NCBI GenBank assembly: GCA_963760615.1
Contig: CAVXDX010000003.1
Coordinates: forward strand, 1 to 64,000
Reading direction: 5' to 3'
Length of the DNA: 64,000 nt
Source: an uncultured Candidatus Micrarchaeota archaeon
GTDB taxonomy: Archaea > Micrarchaeota > Micrarchaeia > Burarchaeales > Fermentimicrarchaeaceae
The position numbers and the translations under genes are program-made. Positions 32,449 through 41,308 of this stretch are shown piece after piece; position 1 is the stretch's first letter; the number at the start of each line of letters is the position of its first letter. A model generated the notes under the pieces. That model worked only from the letters and a program-made list of their open reading frames with translations, ran no database searches and had not been told where the DNA came from.

Positions 32449-33242
32449 GCGAATTGGTGTTTGCCAAGCTCGGCGGAAGCCTCATAACTGACAAGACTAG
32501 GCCTTTCACTGCAAGGATGGACGTCATAAAGAGGCTTTCAAAGGAGATTCACGAAGCAGAGGGAGAGGGAAAGCTCAAGCTCCTGGTTGGGCATGGCGGT
32601 GGTTCATTCCCTCATGTCCCCGCCAAGAAATATCAGGTGCACAAGGGAGTCATAAACCCGGAAACCTACAGGGGCATCGCAGAGGTGCAGGATGCTGCAT
32701 CAAAGCTGAACAGGATAGTTGTTGAAAGCCTGATTGAGGCTGGGGAGAATGCAGTTTCTGTGCAGCCCTCAGCCTGTGCACTTGCGAGCGAGGGCAGAAT
32801 AGTCCATTTTGATGTGCGACCTCTGAAAAAAATGTTGTCTCAAAATCTCCTGCCAGTCCCTTACGGTGACGTTGTTGTGGATTTGAAGAGGGGCTGCTCA
32901 ATACTATCCACAGAGATGATTTTCGACTACCTGGCAAGGAAGCTCAAGCCGAGCAGGATTATCCTTGCTGGCGTAACCGATGGTGTTTTCACCTCAGACC
33001 CGCAGCTTGACAAGAAGGCAGAGAGGATTCCTGAGATAACGCCTGCCAATTTTGATAGCATAAAAGCCTCTCTCACAGGCTCCCATGGCATAGATGTAAC
33101 TGGAGGGATGCTGCACAAGGTTGAGATACTTCTGGGGCTTGCCGAGCTTGGAATTCCCAGCAATATAATAAATGGACTGGAGGAAGGGAACCTGAGGAAT
33201 GCTCTGCTTGGAAAAAAAATCGGGACCTTTATCCACAAGTGA
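32445..33242 (+). CDS. ipk: Isopentenyl phosphate kinase
   Basis: [32 protein letters not shown]; amino-acid-kinase fold within a mevalonate cluster. Confidence 0.9.
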   Translation: MSELVFAKLGGSLITDKTRPFTARMDVIKRLSKEIHEAEGEGKLKLLVGHGGGSFPHVPAKKYQVHKGVINPETYRGIAEVQDAASKLNRIVVESLIEAGENAVSVQPSACALASEGRIVHFDVRPLKKMLSQNLLPVPYGDVVVDLKRGCSILSTEMIFDYLARKLKPSRIILAGVTDGVFTSDPQLDKKAERIPEITPANFDSIKASLTGSHGIDVTGGMLHKVEILLGLAELGIPSNIINGLEEGNLRNALLGKKIGTFIHK

Positions 33243-33275
33243 TGCTCTAAATTTATAAACCTGCTACAAATATAT

Positions 33276-34367
33276 ATGGCAAAATCCGCTATCCAGGATA
33301 GGAAATCTTCGCATATGAAGATATGCTCCACGGAGAGTGTTGAATTCAATGAAAAGACCACGGGCTTGGAAGATATAGATTTTGTGCACAAGGCGCTTCC
33401 GGAGTTGGACTTAAGGAAGATAGACATATCCTGCGACATGTTTGGGAAGAAGCTCTCTGCCCCTTTCCTCATTGAATCAATCACTGGGGGGTCTGCAGAG
33501 GCAAAGAAGATAAACCAGTCCCTGGCAAAAGCAGCAGAGCAGGCAGGAGTTGCCATGGGGCTTGGCTCTCTGCGAGCAATGATCGAAAACCCTTCTCTGA
33601 TGGATACATACTGGGTGAGGGATGTGGCGCCGGGCATATTCCTGCTTGGCAACATAGGTATAGCGCAGCTTATGGAGTATGATGTCAGCAGGATAGCTGA
33701 AGCCCTTATGCAGTTGAAAGCAGATGCACTCTTCGTACATCTCAATTCCCTTCAGGAGGCAATTCAGCCCGAGGGGAATAAGAATTTTGAGGGATGTCTT
33801 TCCCTCCTTGGAAAGCTCACATCCCAGCTCAAAATGCCTGTAATAATAAAAGAAACTGGCGCAGGCATCTCCAGGGAGGTCGCCATTGAACTCAAGAATG
33901 CAGGTGTGAAGGGAATAGACGTCGGAGGGGCAGGCGGAACCTCATGGGGTGGTGTTGAGCTTCTCAGGAATTCAAACGGCCATAAATCTTTCTGGGAGTG
34001 GGGCATCCCCACTGCGCTCTCTGTAGTCGAGGTGGCAAGCGTGTGCAAGCTTCCTCTCATTGCAAGCGGGGGAATCCGCTCCGGATGCGATGCTGCAAAG
34101 GCAATTGCACTGGGAGCAGACTACGCAGGGGCAGCACTTCCCTTCTTCAAGAGCGCCGAGAAGGGGGAGGATGCAGTTGCTGAGGAGTTGGGGAGATGGA
34201 AGGAGCAGCTCAAAACCTGCATGTTCCTGACAGGTTCCAAAAACCTGAAGGCATTGAAGAATGCTCAGCTCATAATAACTGGGCGGACTGCAGAGCTATT
34301 TAGATTAAGAGGGGTGAGCCCAGAGGGGTTTGCCAACAGGAGAGAGCATTCCAAAGCCATACTCTAG
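33276..34367 (+). CDS. fni: Type 2 isopentenyl-diphosphate delta-isomerase
   Basis: RKSSH, ITGGS, HLNSLQE..QPEG, KETGAG, GAGGTSW, ASGGIR. Confidence 0.95.
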   Translation: MAKSAIQDRKSSHMKICSTESVEFNEKTTGLEDIDFVHKALPELDLRKIDISCDMFGKKLSAPFLIESITGGSAEAKKINQSLAKAAEQAGVAMGLGSLRAMIENPSLMDTYWVRDVAPGIFLLGNIGIAQLMEYDVSRIAEALMQLKADALFVHLNSLQEAIQPEGNKNFEGCLSLLGKLTSQLKMPVIIKETGAGISREVAIELKNAGVKGIDVGGAGGTSWGGVELLRNSNGHKSFWEWGIPTALSVVEVASVCKLPLIASGGIRSGCDAAKAIALGADYAGAALPFFKSAEKGEDAVAEELGRWKEQLKTCMFLTGSKNLKALKNAQLIITGRTAELFRLRGVSPEGFANRREHSKAIL

Positions 34368-34440
34368 AAATGTTTATATACACCCGATTACCTATACAAT
34401 ACCTAGTATATTTAAAAAATATTAAAAGGAGGCGGTATCT

Positions 34441-34998
34441 ATGGGTGGAAAAAGGATTTTGTATGCGTTGATATTGCTTGCACTCATTGGGATGGTGCAG
34501 GCAGACATCATAACATATTTGGGTCAGTATGTATACCCCACAAGTGGGACACAGTACGGTTCTGCCACTCCGACTTTTACATGCGATTACTTCTATTACT
34601 TAAATTCTACTCTCTCTCGTGTGCAAGGCGCATATGTACTGGTGATGTTAGATGGTATAAATCATACAGCAACTTACTCAGGCACTGGCTACAGCTTCTC
34701 AGGAGCGACTATCTCCGCAGGCGCTCATAACTGGTATTGCATTGCTTCCGCGCCAGGATACCCGTACAAGATAGGCCCAACTCAGACATACACAGTGCTG
34801 CAACAAACTGGCGGCGGCGGAGGTGGCGGAGGTGGCGGTCGCCACTACATGATGGAGCCAACAGAGCAGATAACCATGGGAAGCCCATGGGCTCTGGCAG
34901 TGGTGGCCATAGCAATAATAGGTATAGTTATTGGCTACTTCATCTTGAGGGAAGCACTAACAGTGGCTGTTGCAAAACCAAGGAAGAAAACAAAATAA
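34441..34998 (+). CDS. Secreted Ig-like protein with poly-Gly linker and C-terminal membrane anchor
   Basis: Signal peptide, beta-rich Tyr/Thr domain, 10-Gly linker, then WALAVVAIAIIGIVIGYFILREA and a basic tail. Confidence 0.8.
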   Translation: MGGKRILYALILLALIGMVQADIITYLGQYVYPTSGTQYGSATPTFTCDYFYYLNSTLSRVQGAYVLVMLDGINHTATYSGTGYSFSGATISAGAHNWYCIASAPGYPYKIGPTQTYTVLQQTGGGGGGGGGGRHYMMEPTEQITMGSPWALAVVAIAIIGIVIGYFILREALTVAVAKPRKKTK

Positions 34999-35000
34999 CA

Positions 35001-35519
35001 TCAGCCCAGGGCAAACTCCAGCTCAAGCTTGGGGTTTGCCACTATCCATTTATACAGAAGCGGGCTCAGGAAGTACGCCATAGGCAAATTCCCTAGCAGA
35101 TGATAGAGGGTAAAAGGGATCTGCCCAATCAATGTCACTTCCAAACTCTGGCCGAACTGCATTCCAAAAGCCAGCGCAGTCACGGCATCGTAGAATATGG
35201 TTGCAAAGAATGCAAATGCAAGGTAATCTTTTCCTTTTGCTTCCTTTTTATTTGACAGCCACCACCATGCAGCGTAGCCAACCACTCCGTATGCAACTGA
35301 AGTATACACAGTCCAGTAGCCCACTCTGCCAACAACAACATCCAGTGCAATGACTGAAAGAGCAGCAAATAGGAAGCCTGCATACCCGCCGAATTCCTTG
35401 GCAAATGGCATTGATGCAGTCATTACAGGCTCAACATTCGGAGGTCTTGGAAGGACCCTCACAAAAACACAGAAAATGAATGCCAGGATGCATTTTGCAG
35501 AGTTCCTGAGCTCTTTCAT
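35001..35519 (-). CDS. ECF transporter S component, CbrT/DUF6580-like (putative cobalamin uptake)
   Basis: Multi-TM protein with a PNVEPV motif; adjacent to a DUF4430 protein. Confidence 0.7.
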   Translation of the reverse strand: MKELRNSAKCILAFIFCVFVRVLPRPPNVEPVMTASMPFAKEFGGYAGFLFAALSVIALDVVVGRVGYWTVYTSVAYGVVGYAAWWWLSNKKEAKGKDYLAFAFFATIFYDAVTALAFGMQFGQSLEVTLIGQIPFTLYHLLGNLPMAYFLSPLLYKWIVANPKLELEFALG

Positions 35520-36334
35520 TCCATCACCCTCTGTATAAAATACAAAAGCAGCAGGACCAGAACCACACCTGCCCCGAGAATCTCAGGTGAAACTCCTGCA
35601 GCTGCCATCCCAACAGATGCGGGCTTCTCTTCTGAAGTAGCGGGACTCTCCAGCGAAACCTCAGCTGACTTCATAACATTTGTTACTCTGGGCAGGCTTA
35701 CGGAATATTTTGGAGAGCTGTAGCTGTAGACTCCCACTTCACTGGCGTTGAAGGTTGCCTCCCCGCTCTCATTTGTTACAAGTTCCTTCCTGCCTTTTGG
35801 AGAATCAACAATTATGCTCTCATAAGCCAGAGGGTTGCCATCCCCAGAAACCATCTTCACAATAACAGTCCCGCCTGCGGTTGTTGTATCTGGAGCGATA
35901 ATCTCAGCCTCCCCGCTCTTCTCATTGCACACCTCGCTGAAAGATTTAAGCGCTGGTTCATCTCCGTACGCCCCCCATCTGAAACCAAGAACGTCGCCAT
36001 CTCTAACGTAATACTTGCTCACACCAACAGGGGAATACGACCAACTGCCATTCTCAACATAATAGAAACCCCAGTAACTGGATTGGCAGAAGCAGTTATC
36101 CAAGTCGCAGCCAGTATCCTCCATTTTGCATAGGGCTGCCCCAAGAGTGCTTCCATAATCCTTTGTGACCACCTGCACTCCTGAACTTTTGAGGACATCC
36201 AATGCGCTGTTTCCGCTTTGGAATTCAACGCATTTCATTATAGAGCTTGAATTGCCGTACTGAATCACCACACCCGCTTTCTCAGCAAAAACAAGAGTGG
36301 ACAACACAAGAAATGCGAGAATGAATTTCCTCAA
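35516..36334 (-). CDS. DUF4430 (transcobalamin-like C-terminal domain) surface protein with C-terminal TM
   Basis: SALDVL, YWGFY...W.YSPVG...Y.V.DGDVLGFRW. Likely TTG start at 36334 after GGTGGT; signal peptide present. Confidence 0.8.
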   Translation of the reverse strand: MRKFILAFLVLSTLVFAEKAGVVIQYGNSSSIMKCVEFQSGNSALDVLKSSGVQVVTKDYGSTLGAALCKMEDTGCDLDNCFCQSSYWGFYYVENGSWSYSPVGVSKYYVRDGDVLGFRWGAYGDEPALKSFSEVCNEKSGEAEIIAPDTTTAGGTVIVKMVSGDGNPLAYESIIVDSPKGRKELVTNESGEATFNASEVGVYSYSSPKYSVSLPRVTNVMKSAEVSLESPATSEEKPASVGMAAAGVSPEILGAGVVLVLLLLYFIQRVME

Positions 36335-36361
36335 GAGACCACCTTGCAAATATTGCTCAAT

Positions 36362-36380
36362 ACAACTATATATAAGTTGT
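36362..36380. promoter_or_regulatory. Palindrome ACAACT-N7-AGTTGT bracketing a TATA box upstream of the DUF4430/ECF genes
   Basis: ACAACT ATATATA AGTTGT read directly from the sequence. Confidence 0.5.
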
Positions 36381-36383
36381 GAG

Positions 36384-36803
36384 TCATCCAAGTCTCTCAA
36401 GTGGAATCAATGCGTTCTCGCAAATTTCTGAGATGTGAACTCTTCTCCTTCCGTTCCTGATGATATGTTTTGATGTCTTGGGCTTCATAAGCCTGCCGCT
36501 CAGGCCGGCCTTCAGCACTTCATCTTTTGTCATCTCCCCGCCATCCCACTTCTCAACATGTATATCTTCCGAAGTATAATCAACGAACTTCACTGCAACT
36601 TTGGAGCAGTCGAGCTTCTTCAGCGCATCGCACCTGCAGTGCCCATCCAGTATCACCATAGTGTTCCTGTCAACCACTATGGGTTTGATGAGCACCCCTC
36701 TCCTCCTCATGTCATCCTTAAGCTCTTCAACTCTGCTCTCAAGAGGCAGCTCATGAGCCCTCAGCTCAGAGAGAAGAATGATGCTGAATCTCATAGGCAT
36801 CAC
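36384..36803 (-). CDS. ParB/Sulfiredoxin-domain protein, minimal SerK/SbnI-like
   Basis: [18 protein letters not shown]...V.KW, TKDEVL...G.L.KPKTSKH; start overlaps the TrpB2 stop. Confidence 0.8.
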   Translation of the reverse strand: MMPMRFSIILLSELRAHELPLESRVEELKDDMRRRGVLIKPIVVDRNTMVILDGHCRCDALKKLDCSKVAVKFVDYTSEDIHVEKWDGGEMTKDEVLKAGLSGRLMKPKTSKHIIRNGRRRVHISEICENALIPLERLG

Positions 36804-38100
36804 CTCTGGACTTCATAGCTGCTCAAGTCAAGCAGGCCGTGCCCCGAGAAGTTGAATGCAATTATCCTTTCCTCAGAGCACTTTCTTGCTTCATCTATAA
36901 CTGCCTTTATTGCATGCGCTGTCTCTGGCGCAGGCACAATACCCTCGGTTCTTACGAATATCCGCGCAGCATCAAAAACCTCTTCCTGCCCGTAGGCAAC
37001 GGAGCTTACAACTCCCTCTTTTATGAGCAGGCTGAGAGAAGGAGCCTTCCCGTGATACCTCAAACCAGCTGCATGTATCGGAGGCGGGATGAACTTGTGC
37101 CCAAGAGTATACATCTCAATGAGAGGAGTCATTTCTGCTGTATCTCCATAGTCATACCTGTACTGACCTTTGGTTGTTGATGGAACCGCGGTAGGCTCCA
37201 CGGCGAGAAACTTCGTTTCAATTTTTCCCTGCAACCTATCCCTCACAAACGGGTAGCAGAAGCCAGAGAAGTTGCTCCCACCCCCTATGCAGCCCACCAT
37301 GAGGTCAGGCACGACATCAATCTGCTTGAACTGCAGCATAGTCTCTTCCCCAATCACTGTTTGGTGGAGCAGCACATGGTTTAGAACACTTCCCAGAGAA
37401 TACTTGGTATTCTTTGATTTTAGTGTGAATTCAATCGCCTCGCTTATTGCAACCCCCAAGCTTCCAGGGTGGTCAGGCATCTCTTTTAGGCATGCCCTTC
37501 CGCTCTCAGTTATGCTACTAGGGGATGGATGCACCTTACCTCCAAAGAGTTGCATAAGCGTTTTTCTGTAAGGCTTGCTATCATAGCTGCTCCTTGTCAT
37601 GAAAACCTCGCATTCCAGACCAAATAGCATGCATGCATAGCTTAGAGCAGTGCCCCACTGCCCCGCGCCAGTCTCCGTAGCCAGCTTCTCCACCCCTTCC
37701 TTGGATGCATAATACGTCTGGGCTATTGCAGTATTCGGCTTGTGTGAGCCGCAGGGGTTGGTATCCTCCCTTTTATAGTAGATTCTCGCCTTTGTTTTCA
37801 GATATTTCTCAAGCCTCGTAGCCCTATACAGCGGTGTTGGCCTGCCCAGTCTAAGATACGCCTCCCTAACTTCCTCAGGAATCCTCACTCTCTCCTCCAT
37901 GCACATCTCCTGCCTCACTCCCTCCCTTGTGAAGATTCTCATCAGATCCTCTGGAGCTACAGGTTTCATGGTTGCAGGGTTAAGAGGCGGATTCAAAGGC
38001 CTTGGCAAAAAAGGCAGTATGTTGCAGTAATAGCGCGGCAGCTCTTCCTGCTCAAGAATCAGCTTTATCTCCCCAAAGACAATCCCTTTTCATTTTTCAT
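36800..38100 (-). CDS. trpB2: TrpB2 (TrpB-like PLP enzyme); 5' end interrupted by an apparent 1-nt deletion at ~38071-38074
   Basis: GSHKPNTA (PLP Lys), [37 protein letters not shown]. The TrpB2-like N-terminus ([16 protein letters not shown]) continues upstream of the track start and joins the RBS-led ATG at 38100 if one G is added to GGGG. Confidence 0.9.
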
Positions 38101-38167
38101 CACCTCGCAAGTGGGAAGGATTGGAACAATACACACTTTTAAGCTTTTCTGAACAAAAATATACATT

Positions 38168-38668
38168 ATGTACAGAATGCTCGAGAAAGCCTTTGCCGAG
38201 TCTCCAGGGAAGAGAAAGGTTGTGGAAGCACTGTTGAGGTACGGTTTAAGGGTTGATGATAAAGGCAGAATATTCTGCTCAGAGATAGAGCTCTCCCCTG
38301 CCAAGATGGCCCGGGCTCTTGGAGTTGACAGGAGAGTGGTCATAGAAACTGGGAGGATGCTCGCACAGGATGACGAGCTTTATGGCATATTCTCACAGCT
38401 GCTTCCAACCGCGTTCATAGGAAAAGCAGCGCACAAGCTCGGCTTTGAGAGCATAGAGATAAGGGCTGAGCCTCATGAGAAAGGCATAGTTGCCAAGGTT
38501 GCAACTGTGGTATCAGAGAGAGGCATAGTTATACGGCAGATAGTGGCGGATGACCCTGACATATATCCTGAGCCAAAGCTCACTCTCATACTTGAGAAGA
38601 GGCTTGACGGTGCAACAATAGACAGACTGAGGAGAATAAAAGGAGTAAATGAAATTGTAATAAGATGA
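38168..38668 (+). CDS. ACT-domain predicted regulator of amino-acid metabolism (COG2150-like)
   Basis: LLRYGLRV, ALGVDRRVV, GIVIRQIVADDP; divergent from trpB2. Confidence 0.85.
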   Translation: MYRMLEKAFAESPGKRKVVEALLRYGLRVDDKGRIFCSEIELSPAKMARALGVDRRVVIETGRMLAQDDELYGIFSQLLPTAFIGKAAHKLGFESIEIRAEPHEKGIVAKVATVVSERGIVIRQIVADDPDIYPEPKLTLILEKRLDGATIDRLRRIKGVNEIVIR

Positions 38669-38677
38669 AATGATGGT

Positions 38678-39973
38678 GTGCACATGGAACTAGATTTCCT
38701 TTCCAGGCTTGTGGAGCTTGACACGAACTCTGACTCAAAAAGCAACTATAAAAGATGTACAGAACTTGTGAAAAGCAAGGCAGAATCCGTTGGGTTACAC
38801 GCAGAAATTTACAATGCGCCAGCAAAAGGAGAAAAACAGTACCCCAATGTTCTAATTGAGCTTGAAGCAGCTGCAGAGCAGACTCTGCTTCTTGCAACCC
38901 ACTATGACGTAGTCGCAGCAGGGGAGGGGTGGAAGCGCCAGCCCTTCAAACTTACAATTGAAGGAAACAGGGCATACGGAAGAGGTGCTGCAGATGACAA
39001 GGGAGGCATCATTTCTGCTCTCTCAGCAATGGAAACCCTCAAGAAAAAGAGCTCTTCGAAAGTGAATGTAAAGCTTCTTGTAACATGCGACGAGGAGGTT
39101 GGCGGTGAAAAGGGGCTCGGATTTCTTATGGCTATTAAAAAGCAAGGCAGTTTTCTCATTGACGGCGATGCAGCCGTACTGATTGACTCCGGCCCGAGAG
39201 TTCACATAGGCTCAAGCGGAAGGGCTGCCGGCAGAATACAAGCAACAGGCCCGCTCCCCGGGCTTATAACGCTTCTGTCCGGGGTAATAGACTACTCAAA
39301 AAACAGGGAGAAAGTCCTCTCAAACCTTACAAGCACATCAGCTGGAAGAAGAGTCTGGGGCAGGATTTCCGTGACAATGCTCGAGCTGAGCGGGGGTGCT
39401 GTTGAATACGCAAAAGCAGGAGTTAAGTCCAATGTAATACCGGGAGAATGCCGCTTAAAGCTGAAAGGAGAGGAGGAGAGGTTGATTCTTGGAAAGCAGG
39501 GCCATGCTGGCTATCCTCATCTTGTGAAGAATGCCATAAACCTGTCTCTGCCGTTGCTGAAGAAGGCCGCAGAGCTGTCCGATGCCAAAGGAAAATGCGA
39601 GTTAGTTTTTGACCTTAGGACAATCCCCGAGGAGAATCTCGATTCTGCCATTTCTGATTTTGAAAAGTACATACGGTTAATAAACCCAAAAATTGAGCTT
39701 AGAATAGAAGAGAGAACCGATGGATATGCTTTGCCCGAATCCGACCATTTTGTTAATATGATGAAGAATGCGACTGGGGAGAAACATGCTTACGGAGAGC
39801 TGGGAGGGACAGACGCCCAGTTTTTCGTCAGGAAGAACATACCTTCAATCTGCTTCGGACCAATTTCAGATAAGAGCAATATACACGGCAAGGATGAATT
39901 TGTTAGACTGGAGGATTTGGAGTTTGTCTCCACCTCACTTGTGAAATTGTGTGAGAATTGGAGGAATCTATAA
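38678..39973 (+). CDS. M20-family metallopeptidase/deacylase (ArgE/DapE/PepV-like)
   Basis: HYDVV, GRGAADDKG, DEEVGG, GGTDA, HGKDE. Confidence 0.9.
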   Translation: MHMELDFLSRLVELDTNSDSKSNYKRCTELVKSKAESVGLHAEIYNAPAKGEKQYPNVLIELEAAAEQTLLLATHYDVVAAGEGWKRQPFKLTIEGNRAYGRGAADDKGGIISALSAMETLKKKSSSKVNVKLLVTCDEEVGGEKGLGFLMAIKKQGSFLIDGDAAVLIDSGPRVHIGSSGRAAGRIQATGPLPGLITLLSGVIDYSKNREKVLSNLTSTSAGRRVWGRISVTMLELSGGAVEYAKAGVKSNVIPGECRLKLKGEEERLILGKQGHAGYPHLVKNAINLSLPLLKKAAELSDAKGKCELVFDLRTIPEENLDSAISDFEKYIRLINPKIELRIEERTDGYALPESDHFVNMMKNATGEKHAYGELGGTDAQFFVRKNIPSICFGPISDKSNIHGKDEFVRLEDLEFVSTSLVKLCENWRNL

Positions 39974-39993
39974 TCTAAGAGGCGCGCAGGAGT

Positions 39994-40209
39994 CTATCGC
40001 TTCCTTTTTCTCCCCTTTACTTTGGCATTTATGTTCGCTGCTGCTTCCCCAGTTACAACATCGCGGTTCCTAGCCTCCTCCATAGCCTGTCTTGCAATAT
40101 TACTACTTATGCTCTCAGCAGCTATCACAGCAAATGACGAAAGACTCTCGATACTCCCTTCCTTTCCTTCGTGCAATCCCAACTCTCCCCTTCTCTGCCT
40201 CAATGCCAT
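39994..40209 (-). CDS. Possible small hypothetical protein (71 aa)
   Basis: ORF with upstream TTTATATA box and basic C-terminus; no motif. Confidence 0.4.
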   Translation of the reverse strand: MALRQRRGELGLHEGKEGSIESLSSFAVIAAESISSNIARQAMEEARNRDVVTGEAAANINAKVKGRKRKR

Positions 40210-40293
40210 GAAAACCGATTACTCTATGCCGTTCCGACTATATAAATATTCCCGCGCGTCATCAATATTAATATTCGTTGCATAATCTATCCC

Positions 40294-41283
40294 ATGGCAT
40301 CAGCTCCTGGTAGTCTGAAGCTTTTCGGGGAGCATGCAGTCGTCTACAACAGGCTGGGTCTCTCAGCAGCTTTCAGCAAGAGGGCATTCTCTGAAATAAA
40401 AAAGGCAGAGGACGGAATAGCTGTCAATCTACTCGATTTCGGAAAGAGGGAGAAATTCAGCTTCAAGGATATAACTTCCTCGCACCTAAAAATCAAGGAA
40501 ATGATCGGGAAGGGAGACATGGAAGGGCTCAGAAGGGAGAGGAAGGACATATTCTCTCCGTACAAGCTGATTCTTGGAGAGTTCTTCTCTGAGTTCGGCT
40601 TCTCTCCAGTTGAAATCTCAATACACTCAGAAGTGCCGCGCAACTCCGGGCTCGGCTCCAGCGCAGCAGTTTTCTGCTCCCTCGCAGGCGGGCTCAACAA
40701 CTTCTTCCAAACCGCGCTGAGCAAGAATCAAGTTGCAGAGCTAGCAAACCTCGGGGACAAGGTTGTCCATGGAAACCCCAGTGGGCTTGATGCCAGCACC
40801 TGCACCTTTGGAGGCTACATCTCCTTCAGGAGGAGCGAGGGAGTCAGGCTGCTGCAGATAAAAACAGAAGTCCCACTGCTTGTTGTGAATACAGGCTCTC
40901 AGAAGGATACCGGTGATATGATAAGCCGAGTTGCTGAAATGTACAAGAGCAAAAGAAAGAAGGTTGATGAAATCTTCGACAGGATGGAGGAAACTGCAGC
41001 TGAAGGCATAAAGGCTTTGAAAGAGTCAGATTTCCAAAAATTCGGGGAGAACATGAACATTGCGCAGAAATGCTTTGGCGAGCTAGGGCTGTCCACTCCA
41101 CAGATAGATGGAATAATCGATACTGCATTGAAAAATGGCGCTTTGGGGGCAAAGATAACTGGTGCAGGTGGAGGCGGTTGCATAACAATTCTCTCAAGAA
41201 AACCGAGAGAGTTGATTCCAATCTATAACAAGATGGGTTATGAATCTTTTGAGACAGTGCTTGGTGCCAAAGGAGTCGAATAA
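40294..41283 (+). CDS. mvk: Mevalonate kinase
   Basis: APGSLKLFGEHAVVY, PRNSGLGSSAA, HGNPSGLD, KITGAGGGG (GHMP kinase). Confidence 0.92.
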   Translation: MASAPGSLKLFGEHAVVYNRLGLSAAFSKRAFSEIKKAEDGIAVNLLDFGKREKFSFKDITSSHLKIKEMIGKGDMEGLRRERKDIFSPYKLILGEFFSEFGFSPVEISIHSEVPRNSGLGSSAAVFCSLAGGLNNFFQTALSKNQVAELANLGDKVVHGNPSGLDASTCTFGGYISFRRSEGVRLLQIKTEVPLLVVNTGSQKDTGDMISRVAEMYKSKRKKVDEIFDRMEETAAEGIKALKESDFQKFGENMNIAQKCFGELGLSTPQIDGIIDTALKNGALGAKITGAGGGGCITILSRKPRELIPIYNKMGYESFETVLGAKGVE

Positions 41284-41308
41284 TTAAATATGCGCAATTT
41301 GATGTATT

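Noticed and set aside
34810-34840. GGC/GGA/GGT run as a tandem repeat element
   Set aside because: It simply encodes the poly-Gly linker.
38678-39973. Unusual motif order in the M20 lid (NVIP before GHAxxP-NA) as a novel permutation
   Set aside because: This order matches the known PepV-type duplicated lid architecture.
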